From a virus, in IMG/VR virus record IMGVR_UViG_3300035183_000460, positions 1-64,000 of that record: DNA of 64,000 bases, one strand, 5' to 3'. Shown here one piece after another: positions 1 to 8,658 of this stretch; within the stretch, counting starts at the first letter, position 1; each line of letters opens with the position of its first letter. The position numbers and the translations under genes are program-made. The notes beneath the pieces were generated by a model. The model searched no databases. It worked only from the letters and a program-made list of their open reading frames with translations, and was not told where the DNA came from.

Positions 1-497
1 GCGTAAATTAAAGAGCTTGAGCGGTTATGAGAAGAGGTTTAGTTTGGATACTAATCATAAGATCGCAAAGCAGTTAGTAGGTATGCCATATGATATTTTT
101 GTGCTTGAAGACTTGAAAGGTATTCGAAAACAAAAATCAAAAGGCAAGATATTAAATAAGTGGTTATCAAATTGGAGCTTTTTACAATTAGAACAGTTAA
201 TTACTTACAAGGCGCAAGCTTTAGGTAAATCAATTGTTAAAGTAGATGCTCGATATACCAGTCAGAAATGTTCTAACTGTGGAGAGATTGAAAAGAAAAA
301 TAGAAATGGATCGCATTACGCATGCGATCGTTGTGGATACAGAGATCATGCCGATGTGAATTCTGCAAAGAATATCCGCAATAACTTCATCTCTGCTGCT
401 GCGAAAACGCAGAAGGCAGAGCAGGCTGTGTGTCAATCAGCCAAATGTCTCGGAGAACCAGAGACAAGCCACCAGCCTTGTGCTGGTGGTAATTGAC
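1..497 (+). mobile_element. IS200/IS605-family element, right part (copy 1); right end at TGAC 494-497
   Basis: tnpB 3' end followed by CAAG-CCACCAGCCTTGTGCTGGTGG-TAATTGAC; the same end recurs at 1885 and 47776. Confidence 0.9.
2..496 (+). CDS. tnpB: TnpB RNA-guided endonuclease, C-terminal part (5' truncated by the window edge)
   Basis: Frame is open from nt 2; RuvC-II VLEDL, zinc finger CSNC..CDRC, RuvC-III HADVNSAKNI. Confidence 0.93.
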   Translation, partial: RKLKSLSGYEKRFSLDTNHKIAKQLVGMPYDIFVLEDLKGIRKQKSKGKILNKWLSNWSFLQLEQLITYKAQALGKSIVKVDARYTSQKCSNCGEIEKKNRNGSHYACDRCGYRDHADVNSAKNIRNNFISAAAKTQKAEQAVCQSAKCLGEPETSHQPCAGGN

Positions 498-515
498 AAT
501 GCAGTTGTTAGGTTC
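330..515 (+). ncRNA. Putative TnpB omegaRNA (reRNA) of copy 1; guide begins at 498 (AATGCAGTTGTTAGG...); boundaries approximate
   Basis: omegaRNAs overlap the tnpB 3' end and RE; visible stems CTCTGC/GCAGAG, CTGCG/CGCAG, TGTCTC/GAGACA, CCACCAGC/GCTGGTGG. Confidence 0.65.
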
Positions 516-520
516 ATTAT
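493..520 (+). promoter_or_regulatory. Candidate hybrid sigma70-type promoter made at the IS right-end junction
   Basis: TTGACA (493-498; TTGAC from the IS plus flanking A), 16 bp, then CATTAT (515-520), 40 bp upstream of the ORF at 561. Confidence 0.35.
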
Positions 521-560
521 AGGAAAAATTTGTTGTAAAACAAACAATTTTATTATATAA

Positions 561-1349
561 ATGTCAAGTTTAAAATTAAAAGATCGTATAGCTTTATATG
601 AAAATGCAACTGATTATAAATTATTAGGTAGAGTTCCTATAATCATTTGTATTAATGGAAGATCTTTCTCAAAAATTACTTCTATTATTGATAAACCATA
701 TTGTGAAAAATTTGCTGAGTGTATGTACTCTACGGCGCTTAGATTAGCTATGGAAGTAGAAGGTTCAGTATTTTCTTATTGTTTTTGTGATGAAATTGTG
801 ATTGTCGCAAGAAATGATCAGTCAATAGAAACGAATTTTTGGTACGATAATAGAATACAAAAGATATCTTCAGTTACAGCTTCAATTGCTACACTTCATT
901 TTAATAATTGTGCAACGGCTTTAGATTTAAATTTAATTGGAGATGCAGTTTTCATATCAAATACATTTGTTGTACCAAACATAACTGAAGCAATTAATGT
1001 TATTGTTTCAAAACAACAATTATCTTTTCAAAAGTCTTTACATTTTGCATGTCTTTATGAGTTATTAAAAAAACAATATGATAAAAATGACATTAAAGAG
1101 ATGATTCAAGGTACATCATCAGATGACAAAATAAATCTATTGCAACAAGAATGTAATATAGATTACAATAATTACCCTATAGCATATAGAAGAGGTATTG
1201 CATGTTATCGTCAGCCAAAATTAATTGATGGAAAATTAAAACATAAATGGTCAATTAATATGGAAATTCCTATATTTACGAAAGAACAATCATTTTTATT
1301 TAATATATTTCATGGTGGAACCGATATTATTCGTTATAATAATTTTTGA
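561..1349 (+). CDS. Thg1-like (tRNA-His guanylyltransferase fold) protein with degenerate active site
   Basis: Thg1 layout xxGRSF..KPY..M..xxDEI..W...QK..S..AS..T..FN..P...RRG; RxDG is CING, QSDE is FCDE, FDxR is FISN. Confidence 0.85.
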   Translation: MSSLKLKDRIALYENATDYKLLGRVPIIICINGRSFSKITSIIDKPYCEKFAECMYSTALRLAMEVEGSVFSYCFCDEIVIVARNDQSIETNFWYDNRIQKISSVTASIATLHFNNCATALDLNLIGDAVFISNTFVVPNITEAINVIVSKQQLSFQKSLHFACLYELLKKQYDKNDIKEMIQGTSSDDKINLLQQECNIDYNNYPIAYRRGIACYRQPKLIDGKLKHKWSINMEIPIFTKEQSFLFNIFHGGTDIIRYNNF

Positions 1350-1497
1350 CAAATTTAATTCATAATGTACTGTAAATGTTTGAAAATTAATTATATATTA
1401 TAATTATTTTTAATTAATATATTAATAATTAATTATTATTTATGATCTTATGCCAAGAAAACCACCAGCCTCGTGCTGGTGGATGAATTGGCGATCG

Positions 1498-1610
1498 TTA
1501 TTGGTGTGATTGTTGATCTTCAATATATTTCTTGACCGTCTCTTCCGAAACATGTCCATGCTTCTTGATCACAATCCACTGCCCCAGAATTTCTTGGCTT
1601 TTAGTTTTGT
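1498..1610 (-). pseudogene. tnpA: tnpA (Y1 HUH transposase) C-terminal remnant
   Basis: GHVSEETVKKYIEDQQ catalytic-Tyr helix; HUH region deleted, frameshifted. Confidence 0.8.
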
Positions 1611-1653
1611 AAAGATAAATGCTGTATTGATATATAACCAGACATAGACACAA

Positions 1654-1884
1654 ATGCAGAGAACTAGCGGAGAAATTGAAAAGAAAAATATAAATGGATC
1701 GCATTACGCATGCGTTCATTGTGGATACAGAGATCATGCCGATGTGAATTCTGCAAAGAATATCCGCAATAACTTTATCTCTGTTGCTGCGGAAACGCAG
1801 AAGGCAGAGCAGGCTGTGTGTCAATCAGCCAAATGTCTCGGAGATCCAGAGACAAGCCACCAGCCTTGTGCTGGTGGTAATTGA
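1654..1884 (+). pseudogene. tnpB: tnpB internal deletion (start MQRT fused to C-terminal tail); retains omegaRNA scaffold
   Basis: Near-identical to the 3' end of copy 1; the same ATGCAGAGAAC start is seen in copy 3. Confidence 0.85.
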
Positions 1885-1892
1885 CAAAACAT

Positions 1893-2245
1893 GGGGATGA
1901 AATAGGTTCGACTAGGTATGAAACATTTAAAATGCAGGTTCTGGATGATTGCAACCAGATAAAAAGCAATCAAAACGTTAAATGCCAACGATAATGGTAT
2001 TTCTCAATTAGCATTAGCTGCTTAATTGAGTGTTTTTAGACGAGATTTCTTTGGTACTCTAAAAGCATTAACCCACTAAAGATAGCAATTAATCGTTCTA
2101 CGGATAAAATTGCGAAATAAACAGTAGATAGCTGATTAGGCGAATCTAATCGAATGTTGCTACTACATTAAGCTAGCTAAGCCTGTGAAAGAATTTTAAT
2201 GTGGATTATTTAGGACCCGCCTGGCAGAGGGCGGCATCTCCACCA
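1893..2245 (+). ncRNA. ssrA: tmRNA, one-piece; tag (A)ANDNGISQLALAA at 1984-2025
   Basis: 5' GGGGATG pairs with 3' CATCTCC-ACCA including G3:U70; GGTTCGAC after the D-loop; pk1 CTGG/CCAG and GATTGC/GCAATC; resume codon GCC after TTAAAT; tag ends LAA-stop. Confidence 0.95.
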
Positions 2246-2456
2246 TTCAAATATACAAAAATAACTATCGTATTATTTATCGAGATTACTACGTGGTATT
2301 CACAACAATTATATAATTTATTTGATTGTTTTTTTTCTTTTAAGTAATGTTTATATATATGTTATGACCGATACGTAACTAATATCAAATATTGTAATTA
2401 AAATAATATAAATAAAAAACGACTAAATAAAAACTATAATATTGAGTTTAATCGAA

Positions 2457-2936
2457 ATGATTGATATAATAACGGGAGATTTATTTGACGCTACTGAAAA
2501 GTATTTAGTTCATCAATGCAATTGTGTGACTAATAAGGCTGCTCATTTGGCTTCTGATATGTTTAAGAGGTTTTCTTACTCAGATATATATACCTCACGT
2601 ATTAAACCAGATAAGCCAGGACATATAATCATTCGTGGTAATGGTAAAGACCAAAGATATGTTATCGCACTTTTGGGTCAATACTATCCAGGACGATCTA
2701 AATATCCATTATCAACTTTAGATGGTCTAGCGGCTCGTGAGAAATACTTTTATCACGGATTGTTGCGTATAGCTAAGATAGAAATGTTAGAAAGTATAGC
2801 ATTTCCGTGGAGAATAGGATGCGGTAGTGCTGGTGGTGATTGGCAACATTACATTGGTATGTTGCGTAATTTCGCCCAATATGTCGGTCAAAAAGGTGTA
2901 AAAGTTAGAATTTATCGACGTGAAGTAGATAAATAA
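2457..2936 (+). CDS. Macrodomain protein (ADP-ribose processing, DarG/Poa1-like)
   Basis: GDLF..HQCNC..LA and IAFPWRIGCGSAGGDW motifs. Confidence 0.85.
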   Translation: MIDIITGDLFDATEKYLVHQCNCVTNKAAHLASDMFKRFSYSDIYTSRIKPDKPGHIIIRGNGKDQRYVIALLGQYYPGRSKYPLSTLDGLAAREKYFYHGLLRIAKIEMLESIAFPWRIGCGSAGGDWQHYIGMLRNFAQYVGQKGVKVRIYRREVDK

Positions 2937-2997
2937 TGTGTGATAAAAAAAATCTTATATGTACTACAACTTTGCTAAGTTTTTACTAATTGCATTA

Positions 2998-3810
2998 TCA
3001 TTGTTTTTTGTCATTCATTTTTTGACGACGTTTAGTTCTACTGTTTGAATTAAGTTTCATTTCTTTTTTCCATTCAGGATATGATGCTCCAAATATACTT
3101 CTTTCAGAAGTTGCATCTCTAATAATAACATATCCACCACTAGTCATAGTAAATGGTTTGGTTAATTTTCCTAACCAATCAAACTTTGAACCAGCAGGAG
3201 GACAAGGATCAAACCAAGCTGGAAGTACAAAGTTAGAAACTTCAACAGTAGTACCAGATATATCTACAGTATAATAATCACTTTCAACCGGATCAGCTAT
3301 CTCTAAAGCATAACTGGTTTTTTCTGGCCAATTATCGACCCAATAATTGGCTTGTGGATCTATCATAGTTTCAAGCACTTCATGTGATAAAACACTAGAC
3401 ACTGATAGTTTATTTTGTTGTGTAATCTTAACAAAAACACGTCCATAAGGAAGTCCATCTGGACCATCAGCATGGTATCCTAAAGCACCAGCCGTATCGG
3501 CATCATCAAAGAGTACAATCTTCCAGGCACCTTGTTCAGTAGTATCTTCTGATGCGCGATATACAACCTTAGGAGGTTTAATGTCCCAAGCTACAGCAGC
3601 TTGTTCTCTGGCTTGTTTGGCTACTCCACGAGTCCATAATTTGACCTGATCATTAGAAACTAAGGTTGATTTATTTATAATTGCGATTAGCATGTTTCCA
3701 TCACATTCTGACGTAAGTTCGTCATTATCGGATACAGTGGTATTGATAGCCACCGAGACATTATTTGAAGATTTCCCGATAAGCCAATTCCAAAAATTTT
3801 TAAAGCACAT
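2998..3810 (-). CDS. Hypothetical protein, possible zinc metallopeptidase fold
   Basis: GALGYH and SHEVLETMIDP...EIADPVE motifs. Confidence 0.55.
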   Translation of the reverse strand: MCFKNFWNWLIGKSSNNVSVAINTTVSDNDELTSECDGNMLIAIINKSTLVSNDQVKLWTRGVAKQAREQAAVAWDIKPPKVVYRASEDTTEQGAWKIVLFDDADTAGALGYHADGPDGLPYGRVFVKITQQNKLSVSSVLSHEVLETMIDPQANYWVDNWPEKTSYALEIADPVESDYYTVDISGTTVEVSNFVLPAWFDPCPPAGSKFDWLGKLTKPFTMTSGGYVIIRDATSERSIFGASYPEWKKEMKLNSNSRTKRRQKMNDKKQ

Positions 3811-4126
3811 ATGTTATCCAATTTTTTATTTATTAACATGATTGACAGGTAGGCAATCTGATTTATTATTAATTAGTCAGTATTATAACCACGTATGGTA
3901 GGTATTTACATTTCATAATATTGCTATATTGTAATCAATTGTAATCATCTCTAGACGTTGTGCTAATAATACATCTATTCTCACACCATATTATGATTTC
4001 GTCTATTTGTAATATTCATAATAAATATATTATCTCTACTGCTGAAAATAATATAAAGCATGATATGTGTTAGATAACCTAACATTTAGTAAAGCAAGAG
4101 ATGAGCTACCAATGTTGTAATTAACT

Positions 4127-4933
4127 TTATTTTTTTACAAATAGTGATACTATCCAGTTTATAAATTTGATCCATGGAGCACGAGCTAAAATATTATAAA
4201 TTATTCCTTGCCACCCTCGCACAACCAATTTATCAGGTTGGTTCTGTGTAACAGACTCTGTCTGAGTAGATTGGTTCTGTGTAACAGACTCTGTCTGAGT
4301 AGATTGGTTCTGTGTAACAGACTCTGTCTGAGTATACGATGTTATATTATTTGATGCTTCATTTTGATTAGATACTGAATATAATTGTAATGATTTTATT
4401 GCAGACTCATAATCCTTAGATTTCATATATGAATTAAAATAATAATTCATACCTTTGACATAATCTGCCTCTGGTGCCGTATAATAACCTTGAACCTTTA
4501 ATAAATGAGCAAAATCTTTAACGCTACCAGATTCTACAGCAGACCATGCTACTTTATATCTTTTATTTTTTAAAAAATTTAAATGATATTCAACGCCATC
4601 AGCTAAAGTATCGAACGCCCTAAACCAAGTGGCAGGATGCGGAGGTTGAAATACAACACGTTTTCCATTTACTATCTCCCAAATGTTTGACAACATACAG
4701 TATTTTACTGTTGGAGGATCTGTAGGATTACTTATGTATTTGATGTTTCCTATATTATTGTTCCACATTGACTTAGAAAGTCCAGTTTCAATTGCATTTT
4801 GTGCAAACAAAACACCAATAGATTCTTTTTTTGGAATAGTTTTAAATAATTTAAACCAACCCTCAACTAAACCATTAACTAACTGAGAAGGTGTATAAGT
4901 GGTTCTAGTAGCTGGAACTAATGTAGCAGGCAT
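4127..4933 (-). CDS. GH73/FlgJ-like peptidoglycan hydrolase (endolysin-like) with C-terminal amphipathic tail
   Basis: AQNAIETG catalytic Glu, NNIGNIK, FRAFDTLADG, GYYTA..Y; SD AGGAG upstream. Confidence 0.75.
   Translation of the reverse strand: MPATLVPATRTTYTPSQLVNGLVEGWFKLFKTIPKKESIGVLFAQNAIETGLSKSMWNNNIGNIKYISNPTDPPTVKYCMLSNIWEIVNGKRVVFQPPHPATWFRAFDTLADGVEYHLNFLKNKRYKVAWSAVESGSVKDFAHLLKVQGYYTAPEADYVKGMNYYFNSYMKSKDYESAIKSLQLYSVSNQNEASNNITSYTQTESVTQNQSTQTESVTQNQSTQTESVTQNQPDKLVVRGWQGIIYNILARAPWIKFINWIVSLFVKK
4238..4334. repeat. 33-bp tandem repeat, about 3 copies (TQTESVTQNQS linker)
   Basis: TTGGTTCTGTGTAACAGACTCTGTCTGAGTAGA at 4238, 4271 and 4304. Confidence 0.95.
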
Positions 4934-5018
4934 AATTTTGCTCCTTCAATTATTAATATCAAATTTATGCATCATATTTATAACACTATATAAATGTAGC
5001 GTTTTAAGGTTTATAATG

Positions 5019-5351
5019 TTAAATATCTAAATCTTTTATAATAGAATCAGTTAAATTAGCAGCTAATTCTTCAATAATTTCAGCTTTAATACCATCATTG
5101 TCTGCTGGATTATTATCCATATTTGTATCTTTAAATCCGCCACCATGTTGGAATGAGGCTAAAACGTTTTTATATAATATTTTACCAAGTTCATTAATAT
5201 CTTCTTGTGAGGCAGATTCTTTTGCACTAATATAAAAACTATTTACTGCATTTTCTGCAATATTTTTAGCGCATTTGTTATTTACATGTAATCCTGAAAA
5301 TTTAGCCATTGTTTCATAGTAAGCTGCATATAAAAGTATATTTTCTATCAT
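5019..5351 (-). CDS. Hypothetical protein
   Basis: 110-aa ORF with GAGG SD. Confidence 0.7.
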   Translation of the reverse strand: MIENILLYAAYYETMAKFSGLHVNNKCAKNIAENAVNSFYISAKESASQEDINELGKILYKNVLASFQHGGGFKDTNMDNNPADNDGIKAEIIEELAANLTDSIIKDLDI

Positions 5352-5409
5352 AATAATATCCTCGATAAAGATATGGAAAATTATTCACATATTGATATAT
5401 ACAAAAAAT

Positions 5410-6144
5410 ATGAAGATAAATAAAGGAATTATTTTAGCTGGTGGCTTTGGAACCAGATTAGCCCCATTAACTAATTTATTTAATAAACATATGGTTCCAT
5501 TATATAACAAATTTATTATAGATTATCCAATTAATACACTAAAATCAATTGGCGTAGAAAACTTAACTGTTGTTTTAGGCGGAGCTCATTATGGTCAAGT
5601 AGTATCTTACTTAGAGGATGGCTCAAAATTTGGTATGGATATTAATTATGTTTATCAAAACAAACCAGAGGGAATAGCTCAAGCTATCAATATTTGTAAA
5701 AATTCTATTGGCAATAATAGATTTTGCGTTGTATTAGGGGATAATATTTTTGAAAATAAAATAAATTTTCAAGATTCTGAAAAGGCTCAGATTGTTCTTT
5801 CTACACATCATAATTTAAATAGATTTGGTGTGGCAACAATTTACAATAATCAAATTATAAAAATTGAAGAAAAACCAAAAGAAATCAGCTGGGAAAATGG
5901 TTTACAAAATTATGCAATAACTGGATGTTATTTATTTGATAATAATTTTTTTGAATATTTTAAAGAATTAAATCCAAGTTCTCGTGGAGAATATGAGATA
6001 ACTGATATTATCAATATGTATAATAAAGACAATAATCTTAGCTATACATTTGTTGATGGATTGTGGAGTGATGCTGGAACTCATGAATCAGTAAACTTTT
6101 TAAACAATTTCTTCTATTACAAAAATAGAAAAACTTCGTTATAA
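5410..6144 (+). CDS. rmlA: Glucose-1-phosphate thymidylyltransferase (RmlA-like)
   Basis: GIILAGGFGTRLAPLT..NK, Q..P.GIAQA, LGDN, EEKP, RGEYEITD, WSDAGT. Confidence 0.9.
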   Translation: MKINKGIILAGGFGTRLAPLTNLFNKHMVPLYNKFIIDYPINTLKSIGVENLTVVLGGAHYGQVVSYLEDGSKFGMDINYVYQNKPEGIAQAINICKNSIGNNRFCVVLGDNIFENKINFQDSEKAQIVLSTHHNLNRFGVATIYNNQIIKIEEKPKEISWENGLQNYAITGCYLFDNNFFEYFKELNPSSRGEYEITDIINMYNKDNNLSYTFVDGLWSDAGTHESVNFLNNFFYYKNRKTSL

Positions 6145-6433
6145 TACAACTATAATTTATTATTATCATTATTCATGATTATCGTATGTTTTCTTTATCA
6201 TATTGATATATAATATGCAAAGAACTACAAAACAAAATATAGATTTACAAACAGAGTTTTTCAGTTATACATCTAAAAATATTCTCAATAATATAATATT
6301 TTCTACTGCTAAAACACAAAATATGTAATTTAATATTTTTAATGAACCTATTGTAGTATTAAAAATTATGTCTAACAATAACAAAGCGCACATTACACAA
6401 TTATGATGTATAGTAATTGACTTAGGAGTTTAT

Positions 6434-7282
6434 ATGAAAATATTAACACTTGGTAAAGGATTTATTGCAGAACATCTACCTTATCCAATTATTAGTGATA
6501 GATTAGAAATAAGTGAAAAATATATAGAGACTATACTTGGATTGTATCAACCCGATGTAATTATAAATTGCATAGGTAAAACAGGAAGACCTAATATTGA
6601 TTGGTGTGAAAGTCATAAAGAAGAAACTGCATGTATAAACACATCATTACCAATAGTATTAGCTACTGTTTGTGAAAAGAAAGCAATACATTTTATTCAT
6701 ATTGGATCTGGTTGCATATTTTTTGGAGAATCTCCAAACACTATATTAATTCAAAATGGTAATGATACATATAAACAAGATTTGGGGTGGAAAGAAAACG
6801 ATTTTGCTAATCCAAAATCTTTTTATTCCAGGACAAAATATGCTGCAGATTTGGTATTAAGCGAAATGAAAAATGTTGCTGTTCTTAGAATTAGAATGCC
6901 TATTTCTGATAGAAACACTCAAAGAAATTTTATTAATAAAATTCGTGGATACAATAAATTAATTGATATTCCAAATTCTGTTACTTTTATGGATGATTTA
7001 GTAAAAATGATTGATTGGACCATTACAAAACAAAAAACAGGCATTTATCATGTTGTTAATCCTCAACCTCTAAGTGCTGTAAGAATAATGAATGAATTTA
7101 AAAAATATATACCTGATCATTCATTTGAAATTATAGACGAGAAGGCTTTAGATAACTTAACTATAGCAAAAAGATCTAATTGTATTTTGAATGGATATAA
7201 ATTACGTGATGAAGGTTTTTTCATGACTCCTTCAGAAGAAGCTTTAAAGAATTGTATGGAGAGATATGTTAAAAATATTTAA
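6434..7282 (+). CDS. NDP-4-keto-6-deoxyglucose 3,5-epimerase/4-reductase (RmlD fold, NRS/ER-like)
   Basis: GKTGRPNIDWCE, SGCIF, FYSRTK (YxxxK), LRIRMPI. Confidence 0.8.
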   Translation: MKILTLGKGFIAEHLPYPIISDRLEISEKYIETILGLYQPDVIINCIGKTGRPNIDWCESHKEETACINTSLPIVLATVCEKKAIHFIHIGSGCIFFGESPNTILIQNGNDTYKQDLGWKENDFANPKSFYSRTKYAADLVLSEMKNVAVLRIRMPISDRNTQRNFINKIRGYNKLIDIPNSVTFMDDLVKMIDWTITKQKTGIYHVVNPQPLSAVRIMNEFKKYIPDHSFEIIDEKALDNLTIAKRSNCILNGYKLRDEGFFMTPSEEALKNCMERYVKNI

Positions 7283-7299
7283 TATTTGGAGAGTGACAA

Positions 7300-7494
7300 A
7301 TGTCTAGCAAAAATTTAATGATAGATTTAAAAGCAAAAAAAGATATTGATAAAAGAACATTTTATGTTGGTAAACTTAAATTTCCAGGAACAATTGATTG
7401 TTCGAAAGGTGTTGCATTTTTAATATTTATTTCTGACGTAGGCGAAGAACAATTACAAATTGCTCCAATAGATACAAAAGACGAAGACGATTAA
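7300..7494 (+). CDS. Hypothetical protein
   Basis: 64-aa ORF with GGAG SD, coupled to the next gene. Confidence 0.7.
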   Translation: MSSKNLMIDLKAKKDIDKRTFYVGKLKFPGTIDCSKGVAFLIFISDVGEEQLQIAPIDTKDEDD

Positions 7495-7495
7495 T

Positions 7496-7801
7496 ATGTC
7501 TAAGCATTTTGAAAATTTATGGGAAGAATCGGAATGTTGTTATAAAGAAACTATTGATAGTACTACGTATGATTCTATAATTGATGAATTACAATATAAA
7601 CTTGATTTGTATAAAAGCATTGCTAATAGTGATATCAAAAATATAAAAGATGAAGAAAAGCAAAAAATAAAATCTCACGTATTTGGTGAGATTTTAATGA
7701 CTTTAACTCAATTATCTTTGAAAGATAGTATTAATGCTTACAAAGCACTTCAATTAGCAATATATTATAAAAATATAGATACTTTATCTAAAAAGTATTA
7801 A
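7496..7801 (+). CDS. Hypothetical protein, possible degenerate MazG-like fold
   Basis: FGEILMTLTQLSLKDSINAYKAL resembles the MazG E(F/L)GD(L)L..L..L....I....AL helix. Confidence 0.45.
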   Translation: MSKHFENLWEESECCYKETIDSTTYDSIIDELQYKLDLYKSIANSDIKNIKDEEKQKIKSHVFGEILMTLTQLSLKDSINAYKALQLAIYYKNIDTLSKKY

Positions 7802-8136
7802 ACTACTACTCTTATATTATAACTTTGCTGATGAAGTACATTTGATTTCTGTAATTCTTTTACAGTATTCATCAAACTATCATATGCTGCCTGCGTAGCC
7901 TTACCTTTATGAAATTGAACTTCAATATCCGAACCAATAACTTTTAACTTTGCAACTGATGATTTTGCAGGTTCTTTTAAAGCATTCAAAATTACATCTG
8001 CTTCATTTTTTGTTATCTTAACTGGCTCTAAGTGTTGTGGCGGTGGTTCATGTGATGTTTGAGCCATTTTTTTAATAACATTTTGTTGTTTTTCTAAAAT
8101 CGCCACTACTTTTTTCATAAATTCTTTTTGATTCAT
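7798..8136 (-). CDS. Hypothetical protein (possible virion protein)
   Basis: 112-aa ORF with GAGGG SD; contains IKKMAQ. Confidence 0.65.
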   Translation of the reverse strand: MNQKEFMKKVVAILEKQQNVIKKMAQTSHEPPPQHLEPVKITKNEADVILNALKEPAKSSVAKLKVIGSDIEVQFHKGKATQAAYDSLMNTVKELQKSNVLHQQSYNIRVVV

Positions 8137-8157
8137 ATTACCCTCTAATTATTCTAG

Positions 8158-8601
8158 TTATTTTTTATTAATTTGTTGTAGTAAATAGACAGATTCTTCC
8201 CTATTGCTTGCTATCGACATAATCATGTCATCAAGTCCTAATGTCATTACACCTTCCTTCTTAAATAAATTATAAGCATCCTCAGATAATTTAAGAAATT
8301 CTTTCTCAATGGCAAGCGACATCGCAATTGGATTTTTGCTCAAGCTTTTATATCTATTTATAATTTTATTAAACAATTCTGTTTGAAAAGATAATTCAAT
8401 ACCATCTTCGCCAAATAATCCTATAAATTTTTCGGCTGCCAAATCTGCATTATTTTGTGCAGATTCGTATAATCTTTGAAATAGCAAGTGATTTCCATAA
8501 AAATTTTGTCCTTTAGCAAGCCAATGATTTTGTTGATGTATAAAATATATGGCTCTTAAAGTAGCTAAATATAATCCTGCAATTTTACAACATTTTTCCA
8601 T
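8158..8601 (-). CDS. Dps/ferritin-like protein
   Basis: HW..KG.NFYG.H..F..LY......D..AE ferroxidase-centre pattern. Confidence 0.8.
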   Translation of the reverse strand: MEKCCKIAGLYLATLRAIYFIHQQNHWLAKGQNFYGNHLLFQRLYESAQNNADLAAEKFIGLFGEDGIELSFQTELFNKIINRYKSLSKNPIAMSLAIEKEFLKLSEDAYNLFKKEGVMTLGLDDMIMSIASNREESVYLLQQINKK

Positions 8602-8658
8602 GTTAACCTACTAACATTACTTTATTAATATATTTTACTATATTATATCTTATTATTA

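Larger units (their letters stand above)
1444..1885 (+). mobile_element. Non-autonomous internally deleted IS200/IS605 derivative (copy 2) with both ends intact
   Basis: TTTAT target (1439-1443), LE GATCTTATGCCAAGAAAACCACCAGCCTCGTGCTGGTGG, tnpA remnant, tnpB start fused to a 217-bp 3' part (1669-1885; 8 mismatches to 281-497), RE TGAC. Confidence 0.92.

Noticed and set aside
4238-4334. 33-bp repeats as a CRISPR array
   Set aside because: Units are directly adjacent with no spacers and are in frame within a CDS
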